Assembly (NCBI GenBank): GCA_002269645.1
Contig: NIVC01000426.1
Span: 437,029-501,028, forward strand
Source: Macrostomum lignano
Lineage: Eukaryota
Direction of reading: 5' to 3'
Length of the DNA stretch: 64,000 bases
Part shown: positions 45,201-56,500 of the stretch, piece by piece
Layout of the letters: each line of letters starts with the position of its first letter
Position numbering within the stretch: the first letter of the stretch is position 1
Notes under the pieces: generated by a model
The model's input: the letters and a program-made list of their open reading frames with translations, nothing else
Told to the model about the DNA's origin: nothing
Database searches by the model: none
Program-made: the position numbers and the translations under genes

Positions 45201-48200
45201 CCAGCGCTGGGTTTCATCAGGTGTTTTAGCGCTGGGTTCCATCAGGTGTTTTAGTGCTGGGTTTCATCAGGTGTTCCAGTGCTTGGTTCCATCAGGTGTT
45301 CCAGTGCTTGGTTCCATCAGGTGTTCTAGCGCTGGGTTCCATCAGGTGTTTTAGCGCTTGGTTCCATCAGGTGTTTTAGCGCTTGGTTCCATCAGGTGTT
45401 TTAGCGCTTGGTTCCATCAGGTGTTTTAGCGCTTGGTTCCATCAGGTGTTTTAGCGCTGGGTTCCATCAGGTGTTTTAGCGCTGGGTTCCATCAGGTGTT
45501 CTAGCGCTGGGTTCCATCAGGTGTTCCAGTGCTTGGTTCCATCAGGTGTTCTAGCGCTGGGTTCCATCAGGTGTTTTAGCGCTTGGTTCCATCAGGTGTT
45601 TTAGCGCTGGGTTCCATCAGGTGTTTTAGCGCTTGGTTCCATCAGGTGTTTTAGCGCTTGGTTCCATCAGGTGTTTTAGCGCTTGGTTCCATCAGGTGTT
45701 TTAGCGCTTGGTTCCATCAGGTGTTTTAGCGCTTGGTTCCATCAGGTGTTTTAGCGCTGGGTTCCATCAGGTGTTTTAGCGCTTGGTTCCATCAGGTGTT
45801 TTAGCGCTGGGTTCCATCAGGTGTTTTAGCGCTTGGTTCCATCAGGTGTTTTAGCGCTTGGTTCCATCAGGTGTTTTAGCGCTGGGTTCCATCAGGTGTT
45901 TTAGCGCTTGGTTCCATCAGGTGTTTTAGCGCTTGGTTCCATCAGGTGTTTTAGCGCTTGGTTCCATCAGGTGTTTTAGCGCTTGGTTCCATCAGGTGTT
46001 TTAGCGCTTGGTTCCATCAGGTGTTTTAGCGCTGGGTTCCATCAGGTGTTTTAGCGCTTGGTTCCATCAGGTGTTTTAGCGCTGGGTTCCATCAGGTGTT
46101 CTAGCGCTGGGTTCCATCAGGTGTTCTAGCGCTGGGTTCCATCAGGTGTTTTAGCGCTTGGTTCCATCAGGTGTTTTAGCGCTGGGTTCCATCAGGTGTT
46201 TTAGCGCTGGGTTCCATCAGGTGTTCTAGCGCTGGGTTCCATCAGGTGTTCCAGCGCTGGGTTTCATCAGGTGTTTTAGCGCTGGGTTCCATCAGGTGTT
46301 TTAGTGCTGGGTTTCATCAGGTGTTCCAGTGCTTGGTTCCATCAGGTGTTCCAGTGCTTGGTTCCATCAGGTGTTCTAGCGCTGGGTTCCATCAGGTGTT
46401 CTAGTGCTGGGTTCCATCAGGTGTTCTAGTGCTTGGTTCCATCAGGTGTTCTAGCGCTGGGTTCCATCAGGTGTTCCAGTGTGCATCGTCCTGTATGTGT
46501 AATTCTAGCTTTTTTCACTTGAAATAAAGTTCATTATGCACTTTTAACCCGGACGGCAGGCAATGCAGGTGACGGTGCGCGAGTCCCCACAGCTGCCCAG
46601 ACGCCTGCTGAAAACTTGCCAGTCCGGCATCAACAAATGGCTGTCGGAGAGGCAGACGAACTGCTTGAAGAACGACTGCGCCTGTCCAGTGTTTCGCCAG
46701 TTCCTGCGCTGGCTGGACCGCGGCCTCGAGGATCTGTTCACCACAGGGCTTCAGCTGGTGCGTCTATCACCCGATGCGGTAATCTGTCACTCCCAATCAC
46801 CCGATGCGGCAGTCTGTCACTCTCAATCACCCGATGCGGCAGACTGTCACTCCCAATCACCCGATGCGGCAGTCTGTCACTCTCAATCACCCGATGCGAC
46901 AGGCTGTCATTCTCAATCACCCGATACGGCAGTCTGTCACTCCCTATCGCCCAGTGCGGCAGTCTGTCACCCCAATCACCCGATGCTGCAGTCTCACTCC
47001 CAATCACCCGATGCGGCAGACTGTCACTGTCAATCACCAGATGCGGCAGACTGTCACTGTCAATCACCAGATGCGGCAGTCTGTCACTCCCAATCACCCG
47101 ATGCTGCAGTCTGTCACTCCCAATCACCCTATGCGGCAGTCTGTCACTCTCAATCACCCGATGCTGCAGTCTGTCACTCCCAATCACCCTATGCGGCAGT
47201 CTGTCACTCCCAATCACCCTATGCGGCAGTCTGTCACTCTCAATCACCCGATGCTGCAGTCTCACTCCCAATCACCCGATGCGGCAGACTGTCACTCCCA
47301 ATCACCCGATGCGGCAGACTGTCACTGTCAATCACCAGATGCGGCAGACTGTCACTGTCAATCACCAGATGCGGCAGTCTGTCACTCCCAATCACCCGAT
47401 GCTGCAGTCTGTCACTCCCAATCACCCTATGCGGCAGTCTGTCACTCTCAATCACCCGATGCTGCAGTCTGTCACTCCCAATCACCCGATGCTGCAGTCT
47501 GTCACTCCCAATCACCCGATGCGGCAGACTGTCACTCCCAATCACCCGATGCGGCAGTCTGTCACTCCCAATCACCCGATGCGGCAGTCTGCCACTCCCA
47601 ATCACCCGATGCGGCAGACTGTCACTCCCAATCACCCGATGCGGCAGTCTGTCACTCCCAATCACCCGATGCGGCAGTCTGTCACTCCCAATCACCTGAT
47701 GTGGCAGTCTGTCACTCTCAATCACCCGATGCGGCAGACTGTCACTCCCAATCACCTGATGCTGCAGTCTGTCACTCCCAATCACCCGATGCGGCAAACT
47801 GTCACTCCCAATCACCCGATGCGGCAAACTGTCACTCCCAATCACCTGATGCGGCAGTCTGTCACTCCCAATCACCCGATGCGGCAGTCTGTCACTTCCA
47901 ATCACCTGATGTGGCAGTCTGTCACTCTCAATCACCCGATGCGGCAGACTGTCACTCCCAATCACCTGATGCGGCAGTCTGTCACTCCCAATCACCTGAT
48001 GCGGCAGTCTGTCACTCCCAATCACCCGATGCGGCAGTCTGTCACTCCCAATCACCTGATGCGGCAGTCTGTCACTCTCAATCACCCGATGCGGCAGACT
48101 GTCACTCCCAATCACCTGATGCGGCAGTCTGTCACTCCCAATCACCTGATGCGGCAGTCTGTCACTCCCAATCACCCGATGCGGCAGACTGTCCCTCCTG

Positions 48201-50275
48201 CCTATCGATATCCCAAAGGCGTACTCCGCCCCACCCCCGCAGTACAAGCGCGAGCTGGAAGCGGCCCAAGCGGGCATCTTAATCTACACTCCCGAGCAGC
48301 TGAGGGAAAAATTTGCCCAGGCAGCAGCGGCAACCGCAGAATCAAAGGATTCCGCAGACGTAAGAGAAGACGAAACAGAAGAGGCTGATGACAACAATGA
48401 TGAAGACGACTATGACGAAGATTCCAGCGATGAGAACGAAGAAGGCGACTCTGTGCAGCGACCGTCGCAGCAGCAGCTTCGCGATCCTGTCCGCCGCGGC
48501 ACCGAGATCGCACTGCGCCGTCTGGAACTGCGCGACAGCGTCGCCTCCTTGACTGTCCGTCGGCTGGTCGTTGAGCTTCGCTGTCTCCGCTGTCGCCGGA
48601 AGCTGGCGGCCAACCTTAGCGCCGATTCCAAAGCCGGCTACGTGTCGATGGCCTGTGCTCAGTGCGGCTCCGACCTGCGCGCCGGCTTCCGGCCGAGCCT
48701 GCTGCACTCGTTTAGCGGCAATCCGGCCGTTGTTGGCTTCTTAGACTTGACCGGCTGCTCGGCCGAGGATGCCCTGCTGTCCGCCGGCGACTGCGAATTC
48801 GTCACTGTCTGTCTGGGTTGCCAGCTGCCGCACACGCACCACGGACAGCTAGCTGGTAACGGCGGACAGCCGATGCGCCACTGCTGCCTCCGCTGCCATG
48901 CCTGGGGCGGCTTCGTGGCCGAGGGCGTCCGACTGACCGTGCTCAGCGCGCCGGATGTGGCCGATGGGAAAGTGAGTCGGGGACCGTTAGGACTTCCTTT
49001 GGTTTTTATGATTCCTTGATTCCTTTTGGTATGGGATTCCCGTTATTTTGGGATTCCCATTGGTTTGAGATTCCCGTTAGTTTGGGAATCCCGTTGGTTG
49101 GGGATTCTCGTTGGTTTTGGAATCCCGTTGGTTTGGGATTCCCGTTGGTTTGGGAATCCCATTGGTTAGGGATTCCCATTGGTTAGGGATTCCCGTTGGT
49201 TAGGGATTCCCATTGGTTAGGGATTCCCGTTGGTTAGGGATTCCCATTGGTTAGGAATTCCCGTTGGTTTAGAATTTCTTTTGGAGATGGGATTTACTTC
49301 GGACTGCAGTTTCCTTTGATTTTTCGATTCCCTTTGTGTATGGGATTCCCTTTGGGCTTGAGATTCCTTTGTGTATGAGATTTCCTGCAGGTTTGAGATT
49401 CCCTTTGAGTTTTGAGTCCCTTAGATTCCTTGGGATTTTAAAAGATTTTTTATTACTTTGGTTCGAGAATTCTATTGAAGTTGGGATTTTTTATTGGTTG
49501 AGTATTCGCAATCTTCTTTTGCAATCAATTATTGAACAGTTTAATCTTCATATTCAGAATAAATACTGTAACGTATTTAGCGTACAATGAATCCAATTAA
49601 ATATAATTAAGTGACTCAGATCAAGCATGGAAAATATGGAATATAATGATAATGTACCAATTTGCCTAAATATCAGTTGCGCTCTCGTCACTTTAAAACA
49701 CTGGAACGGTTGAATCACAGATTTATATTTTTAGAGTTGTTAATTCCTAACAAAAATATTCAGTCATATAGACTAGCCATTTTGCCCCCTGTTGGGCAAC
49801 TCAATAGTATTTTCATTGGGATTCCGCAAATATTTCTACCGTATATTTTGTTCAGTCAAGCGGAGCAGCCAAGCAACAGCAGAAGAAGCCGAAGAAGCCA
49901 ATAGAGCCGGACATCCGGCCCGGCCAGCCGTTGCCTAGCAACGGCACCTGTCGTCACTACAAGCGCAGCTATCGCTGGCTTCGCTTCCCCTGCTGCGGCC
50001 GGGCATTCCCATGCGACATTTGTCACGATGAGGCCGCGCCAGGCGATCACGAGATGGCGTGGGCGGTCAGGATGCTGTGCGGCTACTGCGCCAAGGAGCA
50101 GCCGGTCAGCGACAAGTGCTCCAGCTGCGGCGCCGGCATGTCGCGGGCGCGCACCTCGCACTGGGAGGGCGGCCGCGGCTGTCGCGACGTTAAACGAATG
50201 TCGCGCAACGAGAAGAAGAAGTACGCAAATTTGAATAAAACTGTTAGCAGGCGGGCAGCCGCTGCTGGCAAATGA
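39250..50275 (+). CDS. Multi-zinc-finger protein (3x CCCH, RWD/UBC-like segment, acidic tract, CxxC-rich region, C-terminal CHY finger), 5 exons: join(39250..39642,42492..42884,46560..46757,48243..48971,49856..50275), about 710 aa
   Basis: Three C-x7/8-C-x5-C-x3-H fingers in exon 1. AVAFPIGFPKE and FRQFLRWLD in exons 2-3. Paired CxxC motifs in exon 4. CRHYKRSYRWLRFPCCGRAFPCDICHD..DHEMAWAVRMLCGYC (zf-CHY) in exon 5. All four introns are phase-0 GT-AG. The exon 3 acceptor could alternatively be at 46569. Confidence 0.88.
39785..42400. repeat. Minisatellite, 16-bp unit (TTAGCTCAAAACTCCA / TTAGCTCAAACCTTCA variants)
   Basis: A 2.6-kb array in intron 1 of the CCCH/CHY gene. Confidence 0.97.
42920..46482. 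repeat. Minisatellite, 25-bp unit (GCTGGGTTCCATCAGGTGTTCTAGC)
   Basis: A 3.5-kb array (about 140 units by length) filling intron 2 of the CCCH/CHY gene. Confidence 0.97.
46765..48192. repeat. Minisatellite, 30-bp unit (CAATCACCCGATGCGGCAGTCTGTCACTCC)
   Basis: Fills intron 3 of the CCCH/CHY gene, between donor GTGCGT at 46758 and acceptor CCCCGCAG ending at 48242. Confidence 0.96.
49030..49270. repeat. Minisatellite, 17-bp unit (GGTTAGGGATTCCCATT and variants)
   Basis: Starts shortly after the exon 4 donor of the CCCH/CHY gene. Confidence 0.88.
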
Positions 50276-51509
50276 TAGACTACAAGCTACTGTTAGTAAT
50301 ATGTAGTCGGCGACATTGAAGTGTAGCTGTACATGAATTTAGAAAATACATAAAAATGTACTGCCTAAACATTTATGACACTGCCATAATTACTCAAATC
50401 TTTTGAATGTCAGATTTCTCTTTTGTGTTTTCAAAGTACAATTATATTTAGTCATATGGACTAGCCATTGTGCCCCCTTCGGGGAACTCTATAATAACTA
50501 TATAGTACTCCGATATGCAAAAATACGGTACGGTTACGGAAAAAAATAATTAAACTTCTTTTGAATTTGTCGCTGAGAATGTATTTTCATATCATATTTT
50601 CAGATACAGTCAAATATCTTATGTTGAATTAGTGATAGGCGGTATCTGGACTGCTCTCATTACGATTAAATTAATCTGTCAAAATGGTCGCAACATGCAT
50701 AGAAACTACCACTGCATAGACTCATGGATAGTCATTAAAAGCATGTCTGCGCCCTTGTTATTAGATGTCTAGATGGTGGCGTTAGAATCTGAGTCTTTAA
50801 TGGTCCGACCGGGCGTAGCTTGGTTGGGTGTTAAACCAGTGGGGCGTGGCTCTTGTGCGTTAGTGCGGGGGTGGTGGGCCGGGCCTTGGTCACGTGCCCG
50901 CGGCCTGGGTGGCGTTTATTTAATACGGTGCGGGCTGTCGCTGACCCGCCAAGCGCGTATTGATTTTTTTTCTCGCTTTTAAGTCTCCAAGGTTTTATTT
51001 GGCTTTCAAGTCCGGTAAATTAAAGTTAATAAATACGCTCGAATACTCGTACAATAGGGCCAGGCTCGAACCTGCGCCTCTCGTGCCAACTGCCTTGACT
51101 TCGTCTCACTGGTTTAATGTGTTTAAGAGTTCAATGTCAATGCACGCTGCCAGTTCAAGAAGGGTTCACTGATCTTTGACGCTGCCTGTCTTAAAAATCA
51201 ATTGAATATGCCAAAATGATCCCAATTTTCTGCTCAATTTAGCATAAAATATTCAAATATATACTTATTTTGTTTATTTTCTCTTGTTTGCAAATAGTTG
51301 ACTCTTTCAATTATGCCTTGTAAAGTTAAATTCGATACATATCGGCTAAAATTGATGCGTAAAATTCACATCAGCCAAGCTGAGCACGCAGACGGACACA
51401 CGGAATACTGCGCAGGCACGCGCTCACAGGTTGTACATGTATGTCTTCAGTGGTCCCTGGATGGTGGGATTAGCGATAATGCCACAAGTTCACAAATGCC
51501 AAGTTTATT

Positions 51510-51582
51510 GTGTGACCGCGTGCGGAATCGAACCCGCGGCATTTTAGTTTGAGAACAGACTTGGTACCGCTCCGCTTCGTTT
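51510..51582 (-). mobile_element. Degenerate tRNA-like head, possibly from a second SINE family
   Basis: Minus-strand B-box GGTTCGATTCC (51524..51534) and an A-box-like GAAGCGGAGCGGT. No complete cloverleaf. Confidence 0.4.
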
Positions 51583-51620
51583 CCAACAATCACTTCTACG
51601 AGTATATAATTGTTAATATA

Positions 51621-51874
51621 AGGGTTCTAGCGTAGTGGTTAGAGCGTCGGACTTGCGACTGAAAGGTCGGGGGTTTGATTCTCGACCCAATCGAAACAAT
51701 TTGTGTCCTTGAGCAAGACACTTAACTCCATCTTTCAAATGGGTACCAGCATTTAGTTGAGGTGTGTGGCAACCCCCCCTCCCCAGTCCTTGGACTGAAC
51801 AGCCGTACGCAGCCTTAAGATGCGCCACGCAAGGCGCAATAGCTGCGGCTGAGCTGTCGGTTGCACACCTGCCC
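51621..51874 (+). mobile_element. tRNA-headed CORE-type SINE, copy 1
   Basis: A box TAGCGTAGTGG and B box GGTTTGATTCT, then TGTGTCCTTGAGCAAGACACTTAAC..AAATGGG resembling the MIR/CORE domain. The tail GCGACCCCCCAGTCCTTGGACTGAACAGCCGTACGCAGC is shared, with variants, by the other two copies. Confidence 0.85.
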
Positions 51875-51950
51875 ATTGGGTCGAGAATCGAAGCCCCCCC
51901 CCCGACCTTTCAGTCGCGAGTCCGACGCTCTAACCACTAGGCTACAACCG
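51875..51950 (-). mobile_element. Inverted tRNA-like SINE head abutting copy 1
   Basis: Its reverse complement reads GGTTGTAGCCTAGTGGTTAGAGCGTCGGACTCGCGACTGAAAGGTCGGGG..GATTCTCGACCCAAT, matching 51622..51691. Confidence 0.85.
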
Positions 51951-53500
51951 CTGTGCCACAATCTGCAGTATATAAAATACTAAAACTACTAACAAAACCA
52001 CCGTGCAAATAACGTTTTCGATTCGACAAAAAGAGACAGTTTGACATTTTTTATTATCATGCAGTTATACATGTATATATATATTTGTCTACTTTGTGCT
52101 TCTGCGCCTCTAGAGTCGGGCCAGTAGACACTGCTAAAAAAATCGGTCAAAAATTGCCAGCTGCAGAGTGCGCAGAAGCAATGCAAGTTCTTGCCGTGTG
52201 TGAAGCGTGTGTTTTTATCATAGCATTTTTAATATTAATAACTAAGCAATCTTAGCAAAAATTAGCATTTGCGTGGGTACTAAACACGAAAAAATCGTGT
52301 GTGTTTTCAGTTGGCAGTTCGATGCGTGGGTTAATTGGAGTGGCTAGGTTCTCTCTCTCTTGGGGATCTGTCGTTAAACAGCATTTTTTGCGGGAAAACG
52401 CGAAAAGCATGGAAATTACGCTGAGTATGTTTAAAAAACAGTTTAACATGCATTATTATGGTAAATGGTTGATAACTATGTATACGAAGTACTCGACTCG
52501 TATGCGCGCAAACAGAGCAGCAGTGCCATGTCGGGTTACATTGAACGAGAGCGCGTTGGGGGTTCAGAATTCAACTTGCTAAATCCAGGTTTGATTAAGG
52601 ATCTTAATTGTATAATAATTATATTGATAAGCAAGTTATACAAAGCTCGATGCGAGCTTAAACATGGACAGGGGCCAGAATGGATGATGAAGGATTAAAG
52701 CAGCTGTCAAGTTGAGCAAATGTTAACACAATGCCTGTTACTTCTTACATGGCAAGCATGCATTTGTGCGGTGCAGAACGGGGCTGGCTGCTTTTCGTTG
52801 CGTTCGGATAAAATTACTATGAGTAGCTAGGAGTGCTTTTTTAAAACTGATTTTCTGTGTTGCGTGCCAAAAAGTCAGATCATGAATTAGACTTAATTAG
52901 TTTTTTTTTACATCTAAGAGCGAGCGAGTGGTGAACTCGAAACAAAATTAATAAAACAAGAATTGGCTGAACAATATTTGTTAGCATAAATCTCATTCAA
53001 CAGGATCTGAGGAATATTTTGCAGTCAGCCAGTTCTTGTTTAGCGCAGATAGGCAAAATACGACAGCTACAGAAGCTTAAATCACAATGCATTAATCTCG
53101 TGCTCAAGGTGTGCTCATAAACAATTGACAAGAACAGCTGGGAGAGGGAGAGAGAGTCAAGGGGAGGCGGCATGTGCACAGCGTCAAAATTACAATCGGG
53201 TACAAAAATCACAAAGTAGAAAAACACGAAAGCAGCACAAATCACACCAGAGTTCGTGGTGTCCTTTATTATAAATATTTTAATGCTATCCTCACGACGA
53301 TGCAGCAGTTTAAAACGGGACAAGTTTGGATTTTTGTGCTGGGAGGATTTTAAGGGCGTAAGGGTGCGCATTGCGGGTTAATACCAGTTACAAAAGCGTG
53401 AGCAGTCGTGCTTTTGACTGTTGCTCAATAAAATGGGACTCTCCAACAGTCATGGCCAACCAGTCGGCTAACAAGGCATGGGAAATCAGTTGGGGTCTGG

Positions 53501-56500
53501 TCAGTGGGCCTGCTGGAAGCTCACAGCTGCCGATGTCGGGGTGCCGAACGCGGCGGCGTGGCTGGCCGCGGCCAGTTGAGCAGCGGCAGCCGCGGCTGCT
53601 GCAGCCGGGTTGCCTCCGGCGGCGCCGAAACCGTTGAGCAGGCCGCCGCTGCGGGTTGTGGAGGGGGGGGCGAATTATTTATATTTATAACATTGGAATT
53701 GGCTGTTCAGTGTCTATGAGCGAACCTGTGTGCCTTCACCTGATACTGTCCATGGCCGAGACTCCCACCTGCACCATTCATGCAGCCCCATGCACCCTGA
53801 CACACTGTCTATGGCCGAGACCCCCACCTGCACCATTCATGCAGCCCCATGCACCCTGACACACTGTCTATGGCCGAGACCTGTGCCATTCACGCAGCTT
53901 CACGCACCCTGACACACTGTCTATGGCCGAGACCTGTGCCATTCACGCAGCTTCACGCACCCTGACACACTGTCTATGGCCGAGACCCCACCTGCCCCAT
54001 TCACGCAGCCCCACGTACCCTGACACACTTTCTATGGCCGAGACCATTGCCGAGAACCCCACCTGCGCCAATCACGCAGCTCCATGCACCCTGACTGTCT
54101 ATGGCCGAGACCCTACCTGCGCCAATCACATGTATATTTACCTGGCGGCTCCACCTTGATAAGCGGAGGAGGCGGCAGCAGCGGCGGCGGCAGCTGCGGA
54201 CGCATAATTAGCGTAGTTGATTGGCTGCTGCAGGTAGCTGAGCTGGTTGTAGGCCTGGTAAGCCAGCGGGCTGGCCGCCGTGGCGCCAGCCGTCGCCGCG
54301 TAGTAACCGTATGGCGTCATTAGAGCCTGCATAAAAAATATAGAAAATAAAACAGTTAGTTATTAATCTATATTGATTGATTCTTTCATTGGGTTCAATT
54401 TAATTAAAATAATTGGCTTGGTGGTAGAGGGCCAAGTCTAAACCAATTGTCAGCTGCCCTAACCCGGATATCTGTTGCTTTTGTGGTGTCCTGAACCGTG
54501 AACAAGCAACAATGCTCTTTCAGTCCCGAATGCTCGCTGCAGTAAGGCTGCACGCGGATGATCCCACAGTCACGCCAAGCTGATTTCACTGGCTGGTTCC
54601 CGGGATTTTCCGTTCCGCATCCTTTCGTTGCAGCTGGCGGGGTGGCCTGTGAATCGCTGATTTATTGACGGAAGCCTTGCTAGTGGCGCTTCTCACGCAG
54701 GTGAGGTCAGCTTGAGCCTTGTTCGGGGCAGTCAGGGTTTCATGTGCTCGGGCACAAACTTGGCTATCAGTGACTGTGCCAGAGACTGGCTATCAGTGAC
54801 TGTGCCGGACAATTGGCTATCAGTGACTGCGCCACAAAATTGGCTATCAGTGACTGTGCCAGAGACTTGGCTATCAGTGACTGTGCCACAAACTTGGCTA
54901 TCAGTGACTGTGCCAGACAATTGGCTATCAGTCAGTGACTGTGCCAGCGACTGGCTATCAGTGACTGTTACACAAACTTGGCTATCAGTGACTGTGCCAG
55001 ACAATTGGCTATCAGTGACTGTGCCAGAGACTTGTCTATCAGTGACTGTGCGAGACAATTGGCTATCAGTGACTGTGCCAGACAAATTGGCTATCAGTGA
55101 CTGTGCCAGACAATTGGCTATCAGTGACTGTGCCGGACAATTGGCTATCAGTGACTGTGCCAGAGACTTGTCTATCAGTGACTGTGTCAGACAATTGGCT
55201 ATCAGTGACTGTGCGAGACAATTGGCTATCAGTGACTGTGCCAGACAATTGGCTATCAGTGACTGTGCCAGACAATTGGCTATCAGTGACTGTGCCAGAC
55301 AATTGGCTATCAGTGACTGTGCCAGACATTTGGCTATCAGCGACTGTGCCAGACAATTGGCTATCAGTGACTGTGCCAGAGACTGGCTATCAGTGGCTGT
55401 GCCGGACAATTGGCTATCAGTGACTGTGCCAGAGACTGGCTATCAGTGGCTGTGCCGGACAATTGGCTATCAGTGACTGTGCCAGAGACTGGCTATCAGT
55501 GGCTGTGCCAGAGACTTGGCTATACTATCAGTGACTGCGCCACAAACTTGGCTATCAGTGACTGTGCCGGACAATTGGCTATCAGTGACTGTGCCGGACA
55601 ATTGGCTATCAGTGACTGTGCCGGACAATTGGCTATCAGTGACTGTGCCGGACAATTGGCTATCAGTGACTGTGCCAGAATGTCTCAGTGACTCACCGCG
55701 GCATTCTCCTTGTCGTTGCTCTCCTTGCCCCAGGAGCACTTGCAGGGCTGGCCGCCGACATCCTTGCCGTGCATGGTGATGATGGCCTTGGTTGCGCCCT
55801 CGTGCGTGTCGAAGCGGACAAAGGCGTAGCCCTTCTCTTTGAACACGCGGACTTCAAGGATCTCGCCGAAGTCTTTGAATGCTTCTCTGAGCAGCTCCTC
55901 TGCAAGTGATAGGAATATAGGATCAATAAGAATTCTGTTTTTTTTAAGATTGATCAGAATGGGGTTTGGGATCGATCAGAATTAGGTTTTTGGATCGATC
56001 AGGATGGGGTTCGGGATCAATCAGAGTGGGTTTTGGGATCATGGGTGGGTTTTGGGATATATCAGGATGGGTTTTGGGATCGATCAGGATGGTTTTTGGG
56101 ATCGATCAGGATTAGGTTTGGGATCAATCAGAGTGGGTTTTGGGATTGATGAAGATTGGTTTTGGGATCGACCAGGATTGGGTTTGGGATCGATTAGGAT
56201 TGGGTTCGGGATCAATCAGAGTGGGTTTTGGATCGATCAGGATTGGGTTCGGGATCGATCAGGATTGGGTTTGGGATCGATTAGGATTGGATTCGGGATC
56301 AATCAGAGTGGGTTTTGGATCGATCAGGATTGGGTTCGGGATCGATCAGCATCAGTTTAGGTATCAAATTGGGACTCACCGCACAGCCCACGCGTGATGC
56401 CGCCAACGTAGACAGTGCAGTTTGAGTTGGAAGCTGCCTGAGCAACTTCATCGTAGTTCAGCGGTTTCTGATCGGCTGCAATTTTGAAAAAATTTTACAG

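Noticed and set aside
39785-46482. CRISPR-like regular repeats (also 57320..58625)
   Set aside because: The units are head-to-tail with no unique spacers, there are no cas genes, and the context is eukaryotic introns.
46616-48388. 345-590-aa ORFs with His/Cys repeats
   Set aside because: A 30-bp unit without stops is open in several frames on both strands. It is bounded by a donor at 46758 and an acceptor at 48242, and the spliced frame (GLQL|YKRELEA) continues cleanly.
51621-51691. Functional tRNA genes here and at 61611..61680
   Set aside because: The A and B boxes are present, but the stems are degenerate and each is followed by the SINE CORE and tail, so these are SINE heads.
54712-55779. 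Overlapping 90-250-aa ORFs
   Set aside because: Translations of the 27-bp array. Only 55697..55899 on the minus strand is coding.
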